Below the pieces are notes generated by a model, which made no database searches, was not told where the DNA came from, and saw nothing but the letters and a program-made list of their open reading frames with translations. DNA of 60,000 bases from Felis catus (Eukaryota): contig NC_058368.1 in assembly GCF_018350175.1 (NCBI RefSeq), forward strand, positions 73,286,001 through 73,346,000. The letters are read 5' to 3'. Shown piece by piece: positions 25,110-36,586 of this stretch. The position numbers were made by a program, and so were the translations under genes. How positions within the stretch are numbered: the first letter of the stretch is position 1; each line of letters begins with the position of its first letter.

Positions 25110-25146
25110 ATACAGTATTTTCCCCCTGTGCCTTCTCACTCTTATT

Positions 25147-25171
25147 ATTTTAAGTTTATTTATTTATTTGT

Positions 25172-25206
<35 letters not shown>

Positions 25207-25372
25207 AAACAGGGGAAGGGCAAAGAGGCAGGGAAAGAGAGAGAATCCCAAGCAGGCTCCGCACTGACAGTGTAGAACCCAATGCAGGGCTTGAGCTCAC
25301 GAACCATGAGATTAAGACCTTAGCAGAAATCAAGAGTCAGACACTTCACCAACTGAGCTTCCCAGGCACCTG
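25147..25372 (-). mobile_element. Can-SINE
   Basis: TSD tcactcttatt on both sides. Confidence 0.92.
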
Positions 25373-25532
25373 TCACTCTTATTTTATCATGCTATACTGT
25401 AGATGTTCTCAGAGACTTTCAAAGAAAATCTCTTTAAGTCTCTCTGTTATTAATTTTAATAGCCACATGAAATCATTGAATGGTTAAAGTCATAGAGAAT
25501 GGTTAAAGGAGGGCAGATAAGGAACTCGCTTT

Positions 25533-25736
25533 CCTTTTCTTTTTTTAATTGACATACAACATTGTGTGGTTTTAAGGTGTTGATTTGATACACTATTGCA
25601 AAATGATTGCGCCCCTAGCGTTAGCTACACCTGCATCACATCACAGGGTTACCATTTCTTTTTTGTGGTGAGAACATTTAAGATCTACTCTCTCAGCAAC
25701 TTTCAAGTATAGAATACAGTATTATTAACTATAATC
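25533..25736 (-). mobile_element. L1 3' fragment (L1MA9-like)
   Basis: gtggtgagaacatttaagatctactctctcagcaactttcaagtat; perfect TSD AAGGAACTCGCTTT 25519-25532 / 25737-25750. Confidence 0.88.
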
Positions 25737-26084
25737 AAGGAACTCGCTTTTCTAAAGTAAAAAAAAAAATCTTCGCCAACTTGAGCATCTGGGAAGCTAT
25801 AAATTGAAAGTAATAAAGATTGATCAACCTTCACTGGAAAAAACTCCCACAGACCTTGAAATACTTTTGTGTAGGAGATAAGTAAGACCTCTGACTAATG
25901 ATCTCACAAATCCAAATATAGCAGGTGAACCGGAGATGCCTGTAGGTTCTTCTGTGTTTGGAGTATGGCTCAGGTCCTACTTCTCTGAGAGAAACCTATA
26001 TTCACACGCTCCCAGATCTGGTTTGTCAAATCCACTTTTAGCTGAGGTGACTAACTGAGATTCAGATAATATGAACAATTTTCA

Positions 26085-26087
<3 letters not shown>

Positions 26088-26143
<56 letters not shown>

Positions 26144-26200
26144 CAGAGAGACAGAGAGACAGAGAGACAGAGAGGGAGAGAGACAAAGACAGAGATAGAC
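26088..26200. repeat. Compound (TG)n(AG)n(AGAGAC)n microsatellite
   Basis: Read directly. Confidence 0.95.
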
Positions 26201-27364
26201 AGATTTAAGAGATTTGCTTGCCATTAGATTTAGAGAAGGAATAAAAGGAAACAATAATTATCAATTTTTTAATATTCATTTATCAATTCAGGACTCAATT
26301 TTGGTTTCTGTGCCTCAACTGAGATCAGCTGGCCCTTTAAGTCAGCTTTATTTTCTGTTGAGAAGTTTGTTTGACAAGTTCAGAAAATAACAACAACAGA
26401 AAGGTCAGTTAAGTCTTTTAGGTGTCATTTTTACCTCAGAAAAGACCTCTGAATTATTTTCTATAATTGAGAATTGGTATATGTCTTTTGCTTAAAAGTA
26501 TCACAATACGACAGAGGATTTCACACACCTGGATACTAGTTTGGTAAGCTGTTGGTGGCCTTAGCTATGGGGAAAATTTGCTTTCAGTATATTGTGAAAG
26601 GTTGTAAATAGTGTAGCTATTTAAGGGAGTAAATAGTGTAGCTATAGTCATTGAATCTGAGGCATCAAGATAGGAGATTCTCAGCCTGAGAGTCTCGGTG
26701 TGAGTTGTCCTGATTATTTGTGAGGTTTGTCACAAATAAATTGTCACCGCCAACCAATTGCCAATTTTATGTTAACCAGGGGCTGCTTGATAGGAAAGGA
26801 GTTTCTTATGTTTACCCAGAGACTGGATCCAAGAACAAACGCAGTGAAAACGTCCTTGAGCTTTTCACATTAGAGGGAATTCAAGGGTTTTCCTTTAACA
26901 AAGAGACTCCCATTCATTCTACAAGTGTCTCTGAGAAAGTGAAGGAAAGTGAGAAATCTGGGGGACTAAACATATCTTGTACCTGAATTTAGCAGTAAGT
27001 AACCTTTACTATTGAATCTGAATAGTTATGTTGGGTACAAATTGCTGTAATGCATTATTTTTACCAAAAGTGGGAGAAGGTTTTGTGAAAATCTGGGTAA
27101 GCTTACGGCAAATTTTAACTTCATACTTCAAAAGGGGAAAGGTGAGGGGGTAGGTTTAAACACTGTCACTGTAGATGGACTCAAATGGCTATCTTCAAAT
27201 GCTCTTATGAAAGCTCAGTAGATACCGTAGTGGCCCAAAAGAACTATCTTGGTCGTTCCTGACCTCCACATGTGCAAGGTTTTAAGACAGAGTTTTTTGG
27301 ATATAATCATTTTATCTGGCCATTTCTGCGACTTATTCAGTTCTATTGTATCCTTCTAAAAAAC

Positions 27365-27570
27365 TTTTTAATGTTTATTTTTGAGAAAGAGACAGAGACA
27401 GAGTGTGAGCGAGGGAGGGGCAGAGAGAGAGGGAGACACAGAATCCAAAGCAGGCACCAGCCTCTGAACTGTCAGCACAGAGCCCAACACGGGGCTCGAA
27501 CTCACCAACTGTGAGATCATGACCTGAGCCCAAGTTGGGCACTTAACCGACTGAGCCACCCAGGCGCCCC
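27365..27570 (-). mobile_element. Felid Can-SINE
   Basis: TSD ctatt(g/a)tatc(c/t)ttcta. Confidence 0.93.
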
Positions 27571-28879
27571 CTATTATATCTTTCTAAAAGAGAATTGGCA
27601 AATCAGAAGCAAAGAACCATTCCAAGTTTAGACACATTCTTGGTTTATTTATACGCTTAGGTTCCTGCATTCTGAATGTTTTTTCATAATTTAGCACCTA
27701 TCAGAGCAGCATCTTTAGTGGGTAGTCTCCGGAGATTGATTTACCATGGCTCACTCAAGGCGTCACAAGACGCCTGCTTGTAAAGGCAAACTCTTACCAG
27801 AAGATGGCACTATTGCGAAACCAATGCTGAGTAGAAAACCCTCCCACACCACCCCCCCCCCCACAAATTACTTTTGAAACATAATATTTTCTAGGAGCTA
27901 CTCACAAACTTCACACAAATAGATACTAAATCAAAGTTTACATGGATAAGAAAACAGAAATTTTTACTCCCATTAAGGCTAATTATAAAGGAATTATAAT
28001 TGTAAAACTGAACACATAGTTTCCAACCCCAAAAGCATGCTTTCCTATAATATGTAGATTTGCAGTCTACTTTCCACTGTAGCCAATTTTTAGTTGTAAA
28101 TACGACCACCATTTAAGCAAAGCAGGAAACACTTTTCTAGAAATCTCTCACCATGTGCCGGGAAGAGTTCTAAGCACCTTACACAAAGTCAATTAATCTT
28201 AATGGGCCACTGCTGAGGACACTCTTTTTTTTGGAGGCATCGAGTGAGGACACACTGTGGCTATTTTCTACTACGTTCTCCACTCTACCTGCCGAGCTGT
28301 ATTCTACTATCTGAAAATGACCTTAGTCCATTTGGCTTGAAATTCTTTCAAAAAGCTGGCCACCACGGTTGTTTGAGAAGAGTCACCTAATTAGAACCAA
28401 TATGCTTCCATATTCATTTCTTGTTGATTCTTGAACGCTTTTTTCCCACAAGGTCAGGTTTTCAGAATTCAAATCTGAAAAATCTTTTCACGCATTTTGA
28501 GTAGGAAATGTGAAAATGTATGCACTGTGAGAAATTCCAAAATTCTGATACTTTTTCTAAGGAAATAATCACAGATACAATCAAGATTTCGGTTTTGTAA
28601 AGATGTTTGTTATAGCATTGCTTATAAAGGCAAAACCTTAGAAACAATGTAAATATTCAAAAATAGGGAATGGTTTTAAAACTTTCAACATATTTATTGA
28701 ACTATAAGTAAATCATGTTTATAAATAAGTCTTTAAAACTGCAAATGTGAATAATATAATGTTAAATGAAAAGTTTGTATATGAAATTCTAAAGACAGTC
28801 TAATTTTGGTCTAAGAAGAAATCTAATTTTGGTTATTGATATCTATTTAAGGGGAGTGGATTTAGGATGCTTTTCATTA

Positions 28880-30500
28880 AAATCAAAATCACAATGAGGT
28901 GTCACCTCACACCTGTTGGGATATTAAACAAACAAACAAAAAAAGGTAAGTGTTGGCAAGGATGCTGAGACTTTGGAAGCCGTGGATACTCTTCTGTTTC
29001 TCAGATTTTTGCTATTCTTTTTTTAATGTTTATTTATTTTGAGGAAAAGAGAGAGAGCACATGTGTGTGACCTGGGGAGGGGGTAGAGAGGGAGTAGAGA
29101 GGGGGAGAGAGAGAGGCAGGGGAGGGGCTGAGAGAGGGGGAGAGAGAATCCCAAGCAGGTTCCATGCTATCAGTGCAGAGCCCAGAACTTGATCCCATGG
29201 ACCATGAGATCATGACCTGGGCCAAAATCAAGAGCAGGACACTTAACTGACTGAGCCACCTGGGCACCCCTATTATTTTAATTTCAGTATAATTAACGAA
29301 CAGTGGTATGTCAGTTTCAAGTGCATTCACCAATTCTGTGCATCACTCAGTGTTCGTCACGGTAAGTGTACTCAGTCCTCTTCACCTATTTCACCCATCC
29401 CCCCTCCTCCCCTCTGGTAACCATCAGTTTGTTCTCTATAGTTAGGTCTGGGGGGGGGGGTGTCCCTTCTTTTTCTTTGTTTTTTTTCTTGAATTCCACA
29501 TATGCGTGAAATCATATGGTACTTGTCTTTCTCTGACTGACATATTTCACTTAGCATATACCCTCTGGATCTACCCATGTTGTGGCAAGGTTATTCCATT
29601 CTTTTTATGGCTGTGCAATATTCCATTGTATATATACACCACTTCTTCTTTAACCATTCATGTGCTGATAGGCACTTGGATGCTTCCATATTTGAGCTAT
29701 TGTAAACAGCGCTGCAGTAAAGACAGGAGTGCATTACCTCTCGTCAAATTAGCGTTTTTGTATTCTTTGGGAAGTACCCAGAGGTGAAATTACTGGATCA
29801 CATGGAAATTCTATTTTTAATTTCTTGAGGAACCTCCATACCATTTTCCACAGTGGCTGCACCTCTTTGTATTCTCACCAACAGTGTGCGGGGGTGAGAC
29901 CTGTGTGCATTCTCGATGGGAATGATAAATGGTGCAGCCACTAAGGAGAATAGTATGGAGATCCTCAAAAAATTAAAAATAGAACTACCATATGAACCAG
30001 CAATCCCACTTCTGGGTATATATCCAAAAGAACTAACACCAGGTTCTTAAAGAGATACCTACACCCCATGTTCACTGCAGCATTATTTACAATATCTGAG
30101 ATATGGAAATAACCAAAATGTCCATTGACAGATGAGTAGATGAAGAAAATGTAGTATAAACATACAATGGAATATAGTTCAGCCTTAAAAAACGGAGGAA
30201 ATTCTGCCATTTGCATGGATGGACCTGGAAGATGTTATGCCAACGGAAATAAGTCAATCACAGAAGGACAAATACTGCATGAGTGCATGAGTCCTTTTAT
30301 ATGAGGCACCTAAAACAGTCAAAGGTACGGAGGTAAGCAACAGAATGGTGGTTGTCCGATGAGGTAGGAGGATGTGCAGAGCTATTATTCAATGGATATA
30401 AAGTTACGGTTACACAAGATGAGTACTTTCCAGGGATGTGCTGTCCAACATAGTGCTTCTGGTCAACAGCGAGGTACTGCGCACTTATCGACTTGTGAAG
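28880..30500. mobile_element. Nested cluster: L1MA-like (+; ~28880-28985 and ~29897-30500) split by carnivore L1 (-; ~29271-29893) and a SINE
   Basis: Sense L1 motifs stop at ~28985 and resume at ~29897; antisense L1 3'UTR lies between them. Confidence 0.8.
29018..29270 (-). mobile_element. Can-SINE with expanded G/A-rich middle
   Basis: TSD ctatt(c/a)tttt; SINE head gagccacctgggcacccc. Confidence 0.9.
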
Positions 30501-31129
30501 ACGGTTGAGCCAGTCTCTGGAGCTTGTCTAGAGCAGTTTCAGTTTGTTCCTAGAGCTGTTTCACAAAGAACCTTCTAATGGCTGAGACAAAAGGAAGGAA
30601 AAGGGTTCTGCCTTACTGAACAGTATATTTAATTCACAGCCCCAAGGCCTCACATCGTGTGGCGGTCAACCCGAAACTGCAGTTTCTTGAGGACAGGGAC
30701 TGTCGTGGTCCCCGCAGTGCCTAATGCAACATTTGCATATGGTAGACGTTCTGTAAATATCTGTTGACAGGTCTGCCCTCGGAACAGTTCTAAATGAGAT
30801 GCTGAGGATGCCCCAGATGGAGCGATAGCAGAAAGCAGTGTCTGGGTTTCAGTTCTAACTTTGTCATCAATAATAACTACCATTTGCCAAGCACTTACTT
30901 ACTAGGTACCAGTCACAGCTGTCTTCCTTTATGTGAAGCCTCTGACTCAGGGTAAAGCATTTTCTGTGGACGGGCCAGACTGCCAGGTTAGAGGAGAGTC
31001 CCACTGGCAGTAGGGACACATTCTCCTCTCTGTGAGCTCTGAGCATCCAATACATGTGATGCCTCTGCCCCAGCTTTGAAACCATTGCCAGTACAGAAGT
31101 CATCCTTTTGCTGTGCCGTCTGTGGTTTT

Positions 31130-31930
31130 CTGTTATCTTGTCATAGCATCCCGCACAGACGAAGACAGAAGGTCATCTTGACAATAGCAGAATCTAGCCT
31201 ATCATGATAGAGGAGGCTACTGTATAACCCAGACAGACATCCTGTTGGCTCGAATGAAGGAATTGGCAGTGAAGGCGATGACAAGAGATCAGACTCTAGG
31301 TGGATCTAGAAGATAAAGCCAACAGGTTTCACTGCCGACTTGGATGCATGAAGAAGAGTGAGGAGACAAGGAAGATTTCACGATTTCTTACCTAAGCGAC
31401 TAGAAGCATGATGTTTCCAATAACTGCAAAGATCACTGGGAGAAGAACAGGTCCGAGGAAGATCAGCAGCTGAGTGTTGGAGCTTATAAAGTGTTGATGT
31501 TTTGTTAAATAACCAAGGAGGTGTCAAACAGGCAGATGGAATTTAGGAGACAGAGCCAAGCTGGCAGCTCAGACTTTGGAATCTTCAGTGAGTAGACGAT
31601 AGAGAGCCATGCCACAAGATGTCCTCATCAAGGGACTTCGGTGTAAATAGAAAAGAGAAGTCTGAGGACCAAGTGGGCTGGCATCTCTAATCCAGAGGTC
31701 AAGAGAAAAGGAGGAACCAGCAAAGGAGACATAGTGAAACAGGAAGGCCAGGAAGATAAAACCAAAGGTTGTGTTTTGAAAACCAAAGTCTGTCAAGGGG
31801 GACACGGCATTTGGCTGTGTTGAATAGTGTTGTTGATGGTCAAGGAAAAAGGAAGCTACTTTCTGTTAGCCATGTGGAGGTCCTTGAAGTACATTTTCAA
31901 AAGTGGGGGAAATATCCTAATCCTCGTGGG
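31130..31930 (-). mobile_element. L2 LINE fragment
   Basis: gaagataaagccaacaggtttcactgccgacttggatg; gaggaaccagcaaaggagac; gtgttttgaaaaccaa. Confidence 0.65.
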
Positions 31931-32204
31931 TTCTTAAGAAGCTGGGAGGACTTCACTTGGAAACCACAAACATACACAACCAGCAAAGCTTGGAACGGTG
32001 GCAACCGGCAGGGGAGGCACACTTCCGGGGCCCAGCTCCCTTACCGCAAAGCAGGGCAGAGCAGGGTGGGTCTGAATCTGAGAGGCAATACATTGATAGT
32101 TGGCCCTCTACCCAGTGGAACAAAACATCTTAAAGAAACTTTTCAGTTTTAATTCTCTGTGCTGCTGAGCTATCTTAGAACAGAATAGGGCAAATCTCCT
32201 AGAA

Positions 32205-32405
32205 GTAGAGTTTCCCAAACTTTAGTGATGAGAAGAATCGCCTGGGTCTTTGCTAAAAATACACATGCTCATGGGTACCTCCCCAAATGCCCCCTCCCCC
32301 CGAAGCATTCTGATTCAATGAGTTTGAGGTAGACACCAGGTCATCTGCATTTTTCACAGGAGCGCTGGATGATTCAGATCATTGGACCAGTTTAGAGACC
32401 TCGGT
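32205..32405. mobile_element. MER5B-like DNA transposon
   Basis: agagtttcccaaactttagtg...gaatcgcctggg...ttctgattcaatgagtttgagg...ctgcattttt. Confidence 0.7.
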
Positions 32406-32571
32406 TGAAGAAATTTTTTCCTTCCGTCTTCATGTGATAACTGCTTCCTGGCTTTGAATGTGTATGTGGTGTGTGTTTAAGTATTGTGCATATGATGTGC
32501 TTTCGTTAAAATCTTTATCTCAACCTAACAAATATGTATTTAAAAGTTTTAGGAACTCAATAAAGACTTTA

Positions 32572-32789
32572 ATTTTTTAAATTTTTCTAATGTTTTTTAT
32601 TTATTTTTGAGAGAGACACAGACAGAGCATGAGTAGGCACAGAGAGAGAGGGAGACACAGAATCTGAAGCAGGCTCCAGGCTCTGAACTGTCAGCACAGA
32701 GCCGCATGTGGGTCTCAAATGCATGAATCATGAAATCACGACCTGAGCCAAAGTCAGACACCCAACCAGCTGAGCCACCCAGGTGCCTC
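32572..32789 (-). mobile_element. Felid Can-SINE
   Basis: SINE body; flanking aaagact...aattt duplication. Confidence 0.9.
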
Positions 32790-32990
32790 AAAAGACTAAT
32801 TTTCTTAAAGTCTCTTCTTCCACCTTATTTTCTTCTCGATGCCTTTTATATTCCCTAAAGCTAGCCAGAAAAGCTAAAATTGCTTTGTGATTTATTGGGA
32901 ATCTTTTTTCCCCCAGATTTTAGTCAGTTTCAGAAGACTTCAAAGAATTCTCAGTTTGACACCCCAAAATGCTACCACCAGTATATGTGG

Positions 32991-33001
32991 GTGCATGCGC
33001 G

Positions 33002-33052
<51 letters not shown>
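32991..33052. repeat. Alternating purine-pyrimidine tract GTGCAT(GC)7(AC)21
   Basis: Read directly. Confidence 0.95.
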
Positions 33053-33054
<2 letters not shown>

Positions 33055-33151
33055 AAACACGGATTATTATAAACTGTTCTCCATTTGTGTTTTCTTATTA
33101 GAGGAAAAAGAATAGATCAATAAGATTGGAAATATATCGTGTTAAAGAAAA

Positions 33152-33392
33152 TTCCCCTGCTCACATGCGCTCCTCTCTTTCAAAATCATAAATAAACATT
33201 AAAAAAGAGAGAGACAGAGGCACCTGGGTCGCTCAGTTAAGCGGCCAACTCTTGATCACGGCTCAGGTCATGATCCCATGGTTCGTGAGTTCAAGCCCTG
33301 AGTCAGGCTTTACACTGACAGTGTGGAGCCTGCTTGGGACTCTCTCCCTCTCCCTCTCTGACCCTCCCCTGCTCATGTTCTTTCTCTGTGTC
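33152..33392 (+). mobile_element. Can-SINE pieces: 3' tail fragment followed by a tailless SINE body
   Basis: cccctgctcac...aaataaacattaaaaaa then ggcacctgggtcgctcag...cccctgctcatgttc. Confidence 0.8.
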
Positions 33393-35182
33393 TATATTGT
33401 GTTTCACAAATTCACAAACTGACCTCCTTATCTCAAGGAAACAGTCTTTAAGGTTCTACTATATGCTACCTTGATTTTCAAAAACAGTTCTTGCAAACTA
33501 CATATCCTTTGGGAAAAAATTGCTTTGTCTACTTTATCGAACTCTCTAACTCCCAACGTTAGGTAGTAGGATGCCAAACGAGACAGCCAGGCCTAGTGCA
33601 TACCAGCTACACTATACTAACAGCAGTTATTTATTGGCACTGTGGGGGGTTCATTTTCCCATTTAGTTCTGATAGAACCCTCAGATTTGTAGTTGAGGAC
33701 CCTGGGGTCTTGTTAAATGTCATGAAGCTAATTAGTAGTAGAACTAGTCCTCGAAGAGACACTCCCTTAACTTCTAAGTGCTTTTCCCAGCCTATTTTCT
33801 GCCTTTCTTGCTCAAGTCAGGATATTCAGGATCATCACTAGGATTCGCCTTTAGTTGGAATGCTAAGGCTACATGTTTTTCTGGCACCCCAAGTCTGAGC
33901 CCCTGGGAGGAGCAGTGTCATTGCAAATGCTGCCCAGGATTTCAAAACCCAGCAGCTGGGACAAGGTGGATGCTTTCAAAATCTCAACACAGTTTTGGAA
34001 ACTTGATTAAAAAATATTCTCTAAATGGTGTGGTGCCACAATAGTTGCAAAGAAGGTGAGTCATGGGAAACTACTGCCTCTCACGGCCCCTTTGCTTTGG
34101 CTTGCAGCCTGGATGGGTCGGGTGATGGGAAAGCAAGGAGGTAGACGGCAGGAACACCTGGCTTAGCACTTCCTACTCCCAACAATGTTGTGTGGGAGGG
34201 TTTCGTGTGTGCAGCCTGTTGCTTTACCCCAGATGGGGTAATTGATGCCTTGGTCTGACCCTGTTGTGTCCTGTCCACCCCTTCCTCCTCCTCCTCCCAT
34301 TCCTAAGCCCTTATTTGATTTATCTGTATCTTCATTGTTCCCTCCTGGTGTCCTCTACTTGTTTCCTTCCCACATCCAAAGAATCAAGCTGTTTGTCAAG
34401 TGATGCAAACTGACTCAGCATTGAAAGATTCCTCTTGACTGAGAATGTCATTGAATCAAAGGAAGAAGAGCGTAAACACAGAGTGCAAATACTAAGGATG
34501 TGACGACAGAGAATAAATGACTTTGTTTGGAGTTAAAGTGATTTCAGGGGTTATATGTGATAGTGGTTTTCAACTGTGGTGCAAAGTCACAGATAATTTC
34601 AACACAATCAATATCTAGACACTTAAAAGTCATGTCTACTCTTTTCTAAACTTCTCTGCTTAAAACTTATCTGCCTGTGGTGGAAGGTATTACCTACTCT
34701 CCTTTGCACCTGTGTCACATCTGGGTCTCTCACTTGTTAGTAGTAAAGGCATCTTACTATTGGGCAGCGCCCACAGGTAAAATGGACAGTGGGGCATCAA
34801 ATAAGGGGACAGTTTGAAATATTGTCTGTGAAAGCGTCTTTAACCAAAGCCCAATAACATGTATGTCATGCACCTTTTTAAAAGCTACATTTTAAATAAC
34901 ATTTTCCTTTTTGTTCTGTAATTTGTAATCAAAGCTTAAGATGTATCCATATCATTTTGATCAGCTTCCTAGTAATTAAAAGGTAACTTAATCCAAAAGA
35001 AAAATTTTGACACTTTTTTCCAGGAAAAAAATTTAAATATTAACACACATTTTTGTTATAGATCATAAATGAGCAATAGGATTTTGCATTATAAATATAG
35101 ATTTCATTAGAAAACTCAGTACAGAATGGAAATAAAGTTTCAAGAAAGAGTGATGTAAAACGACTGATTTTACGTATGTTTT

Positions 35183-35290
35183 GGGGGTGCCTGGCTGGCT
35201 CAGTCAGTAAAGCTGGCAACTAACTCTTGATCTCAGGTTCATGAGTTCAAGCTCCATTTTGGGTGAAGAGCTTATATAAAAAAAATACAT
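35183..35290 (+). mobile_element. Short, older tRNA-like Can-SINE
   Basis: ggggtgcctggctggctcagtcagta...actcttgatctcagg...gagttcaagc...A tail. Confidence 0.8.
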
Positions 35291-35294
35291 TTGA

Positions 35295-35505
35295 GGGGCA
35301 CCTGGGTGGCTCAGTCGGTTAAGCTTCCAACTTCGGCCCAGGTCATGATCTCACGGTTCATGAGTTCAAGCCCCACCTCAGGCTCCGTGCTGACAGCTGG
35401 GAGCCTAAAGCCTGCATCCAGATTCTGTATGTCCTTCTGTCTCTTCCCCTCCCCTGTTCATGCTCTGTCTCTCTCTCTCTCTCAAAACTATATTTTTAAA
35501 AATTA
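35295..35505 (+). mobile_element. Felid Can-SINE
   Basis: Full SINE body directly behind the tail of the preceding SINE. Confidence 0.92.
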
Positions 35506-35669
35506 AGAATATATATATGTATATTTGAATATGTCTTTGAATATGTCCGGTTTATAAACAGACACTGGTAAGTATCAAAGAGTAGCATTCAACTGGATAT
35601 ATTTAAATGGGTGATGTAAAAAGTTTCATGAAAGAATGCCAAAATTTTAACATGTCAGATATTACATTC

Positions 35670-35904
35670 TTTTTTTTTTTTAACTTTTTTAATGTTAATT
35701 TATCTTTGAGAGAGACAAAGACGGAGTGAGAGCGGGGAGGGGTAGAGAGAGAAGGAGACACAGACTCTGAGCTGTCAGCACAGGGCAGCTCCCAGCTCTG
35801 AGCTGTCAGCACAGAGCCCGACGTGGGCCTCGAACCCACGAACTGTGAAATCATGAGCTGAGCCAAAGTCGGACACTCAACCGACTGAGCCACCCAGGCA
35901 CCCT
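35670..35904 (-). mobile_element. Felid Can-SINE with internal 19-bp duplication
   Basis: Perfect TSD agatattacattcttt; ctctgagctgtcagcacag present twice. Confidence 0.93.
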
Positions 35905-36586
35905 AGATATTACATTCTTTATAATTCCTTAAGCTTATGACAAATTTCAAATGTTATCTTAAAACTGTACAAGATACATAATTTTTCTAAAACATGTTTA
36001 TAGGACTCATAAGAAAAAAAATTAAAGAACACTGGTACAGGAGGCTAATAAGTATGCCATCTCATAATGAACAGTTCATTCCCCATCCAGTCGTTGGGTG
36101 GTACAGTAGAGAACAATGTGATAGGAGAGAAAATACCGAGGACTGTGAGAACAGAAATCCAGCTTTCTCACTCTTTTTGTTACTTACTGCAGTCAACCTT
36201 TGCAGTCCAGCTTTGTTTGCTCATCTGTAAAATGGCAGAACTAGACTATGGTTCATTTTAAACTGGGAGCTATTTCATTCTGTCACCAAATGCTCTACAT
36301 TGGTTATATTCTTAGAGTTTGTCTTTCTCTTTTCTTTCCTGTTAATTTGAAGTTCTTTTCTAGAGGTAGCATACACAGTTGAGAACAGGAAGGAAAGCGT
36401 TAACTATTCTCTTCTTCCTCACCACTAAAGAGAATACAGTTCTCTAAGACTTATGAAATGAATAAATGGTCAAATAATCATTAAAACAGTCACACAGCCA
36501 TTGTAGTCATTTCTGGGAGTGCATGAAGATTTTCTAAACCCTGTGGATTGGAAAACGACATACACAGAGCTGGCTTCCCTTCCCAT

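Noticed and set aside
26714..26739. Resemblance to a bacterial CRP site (TGTGA-N6-TCACA)
   Set aside because: Eukaryotic DNA with no sign of bacterial insertion; coincidental.
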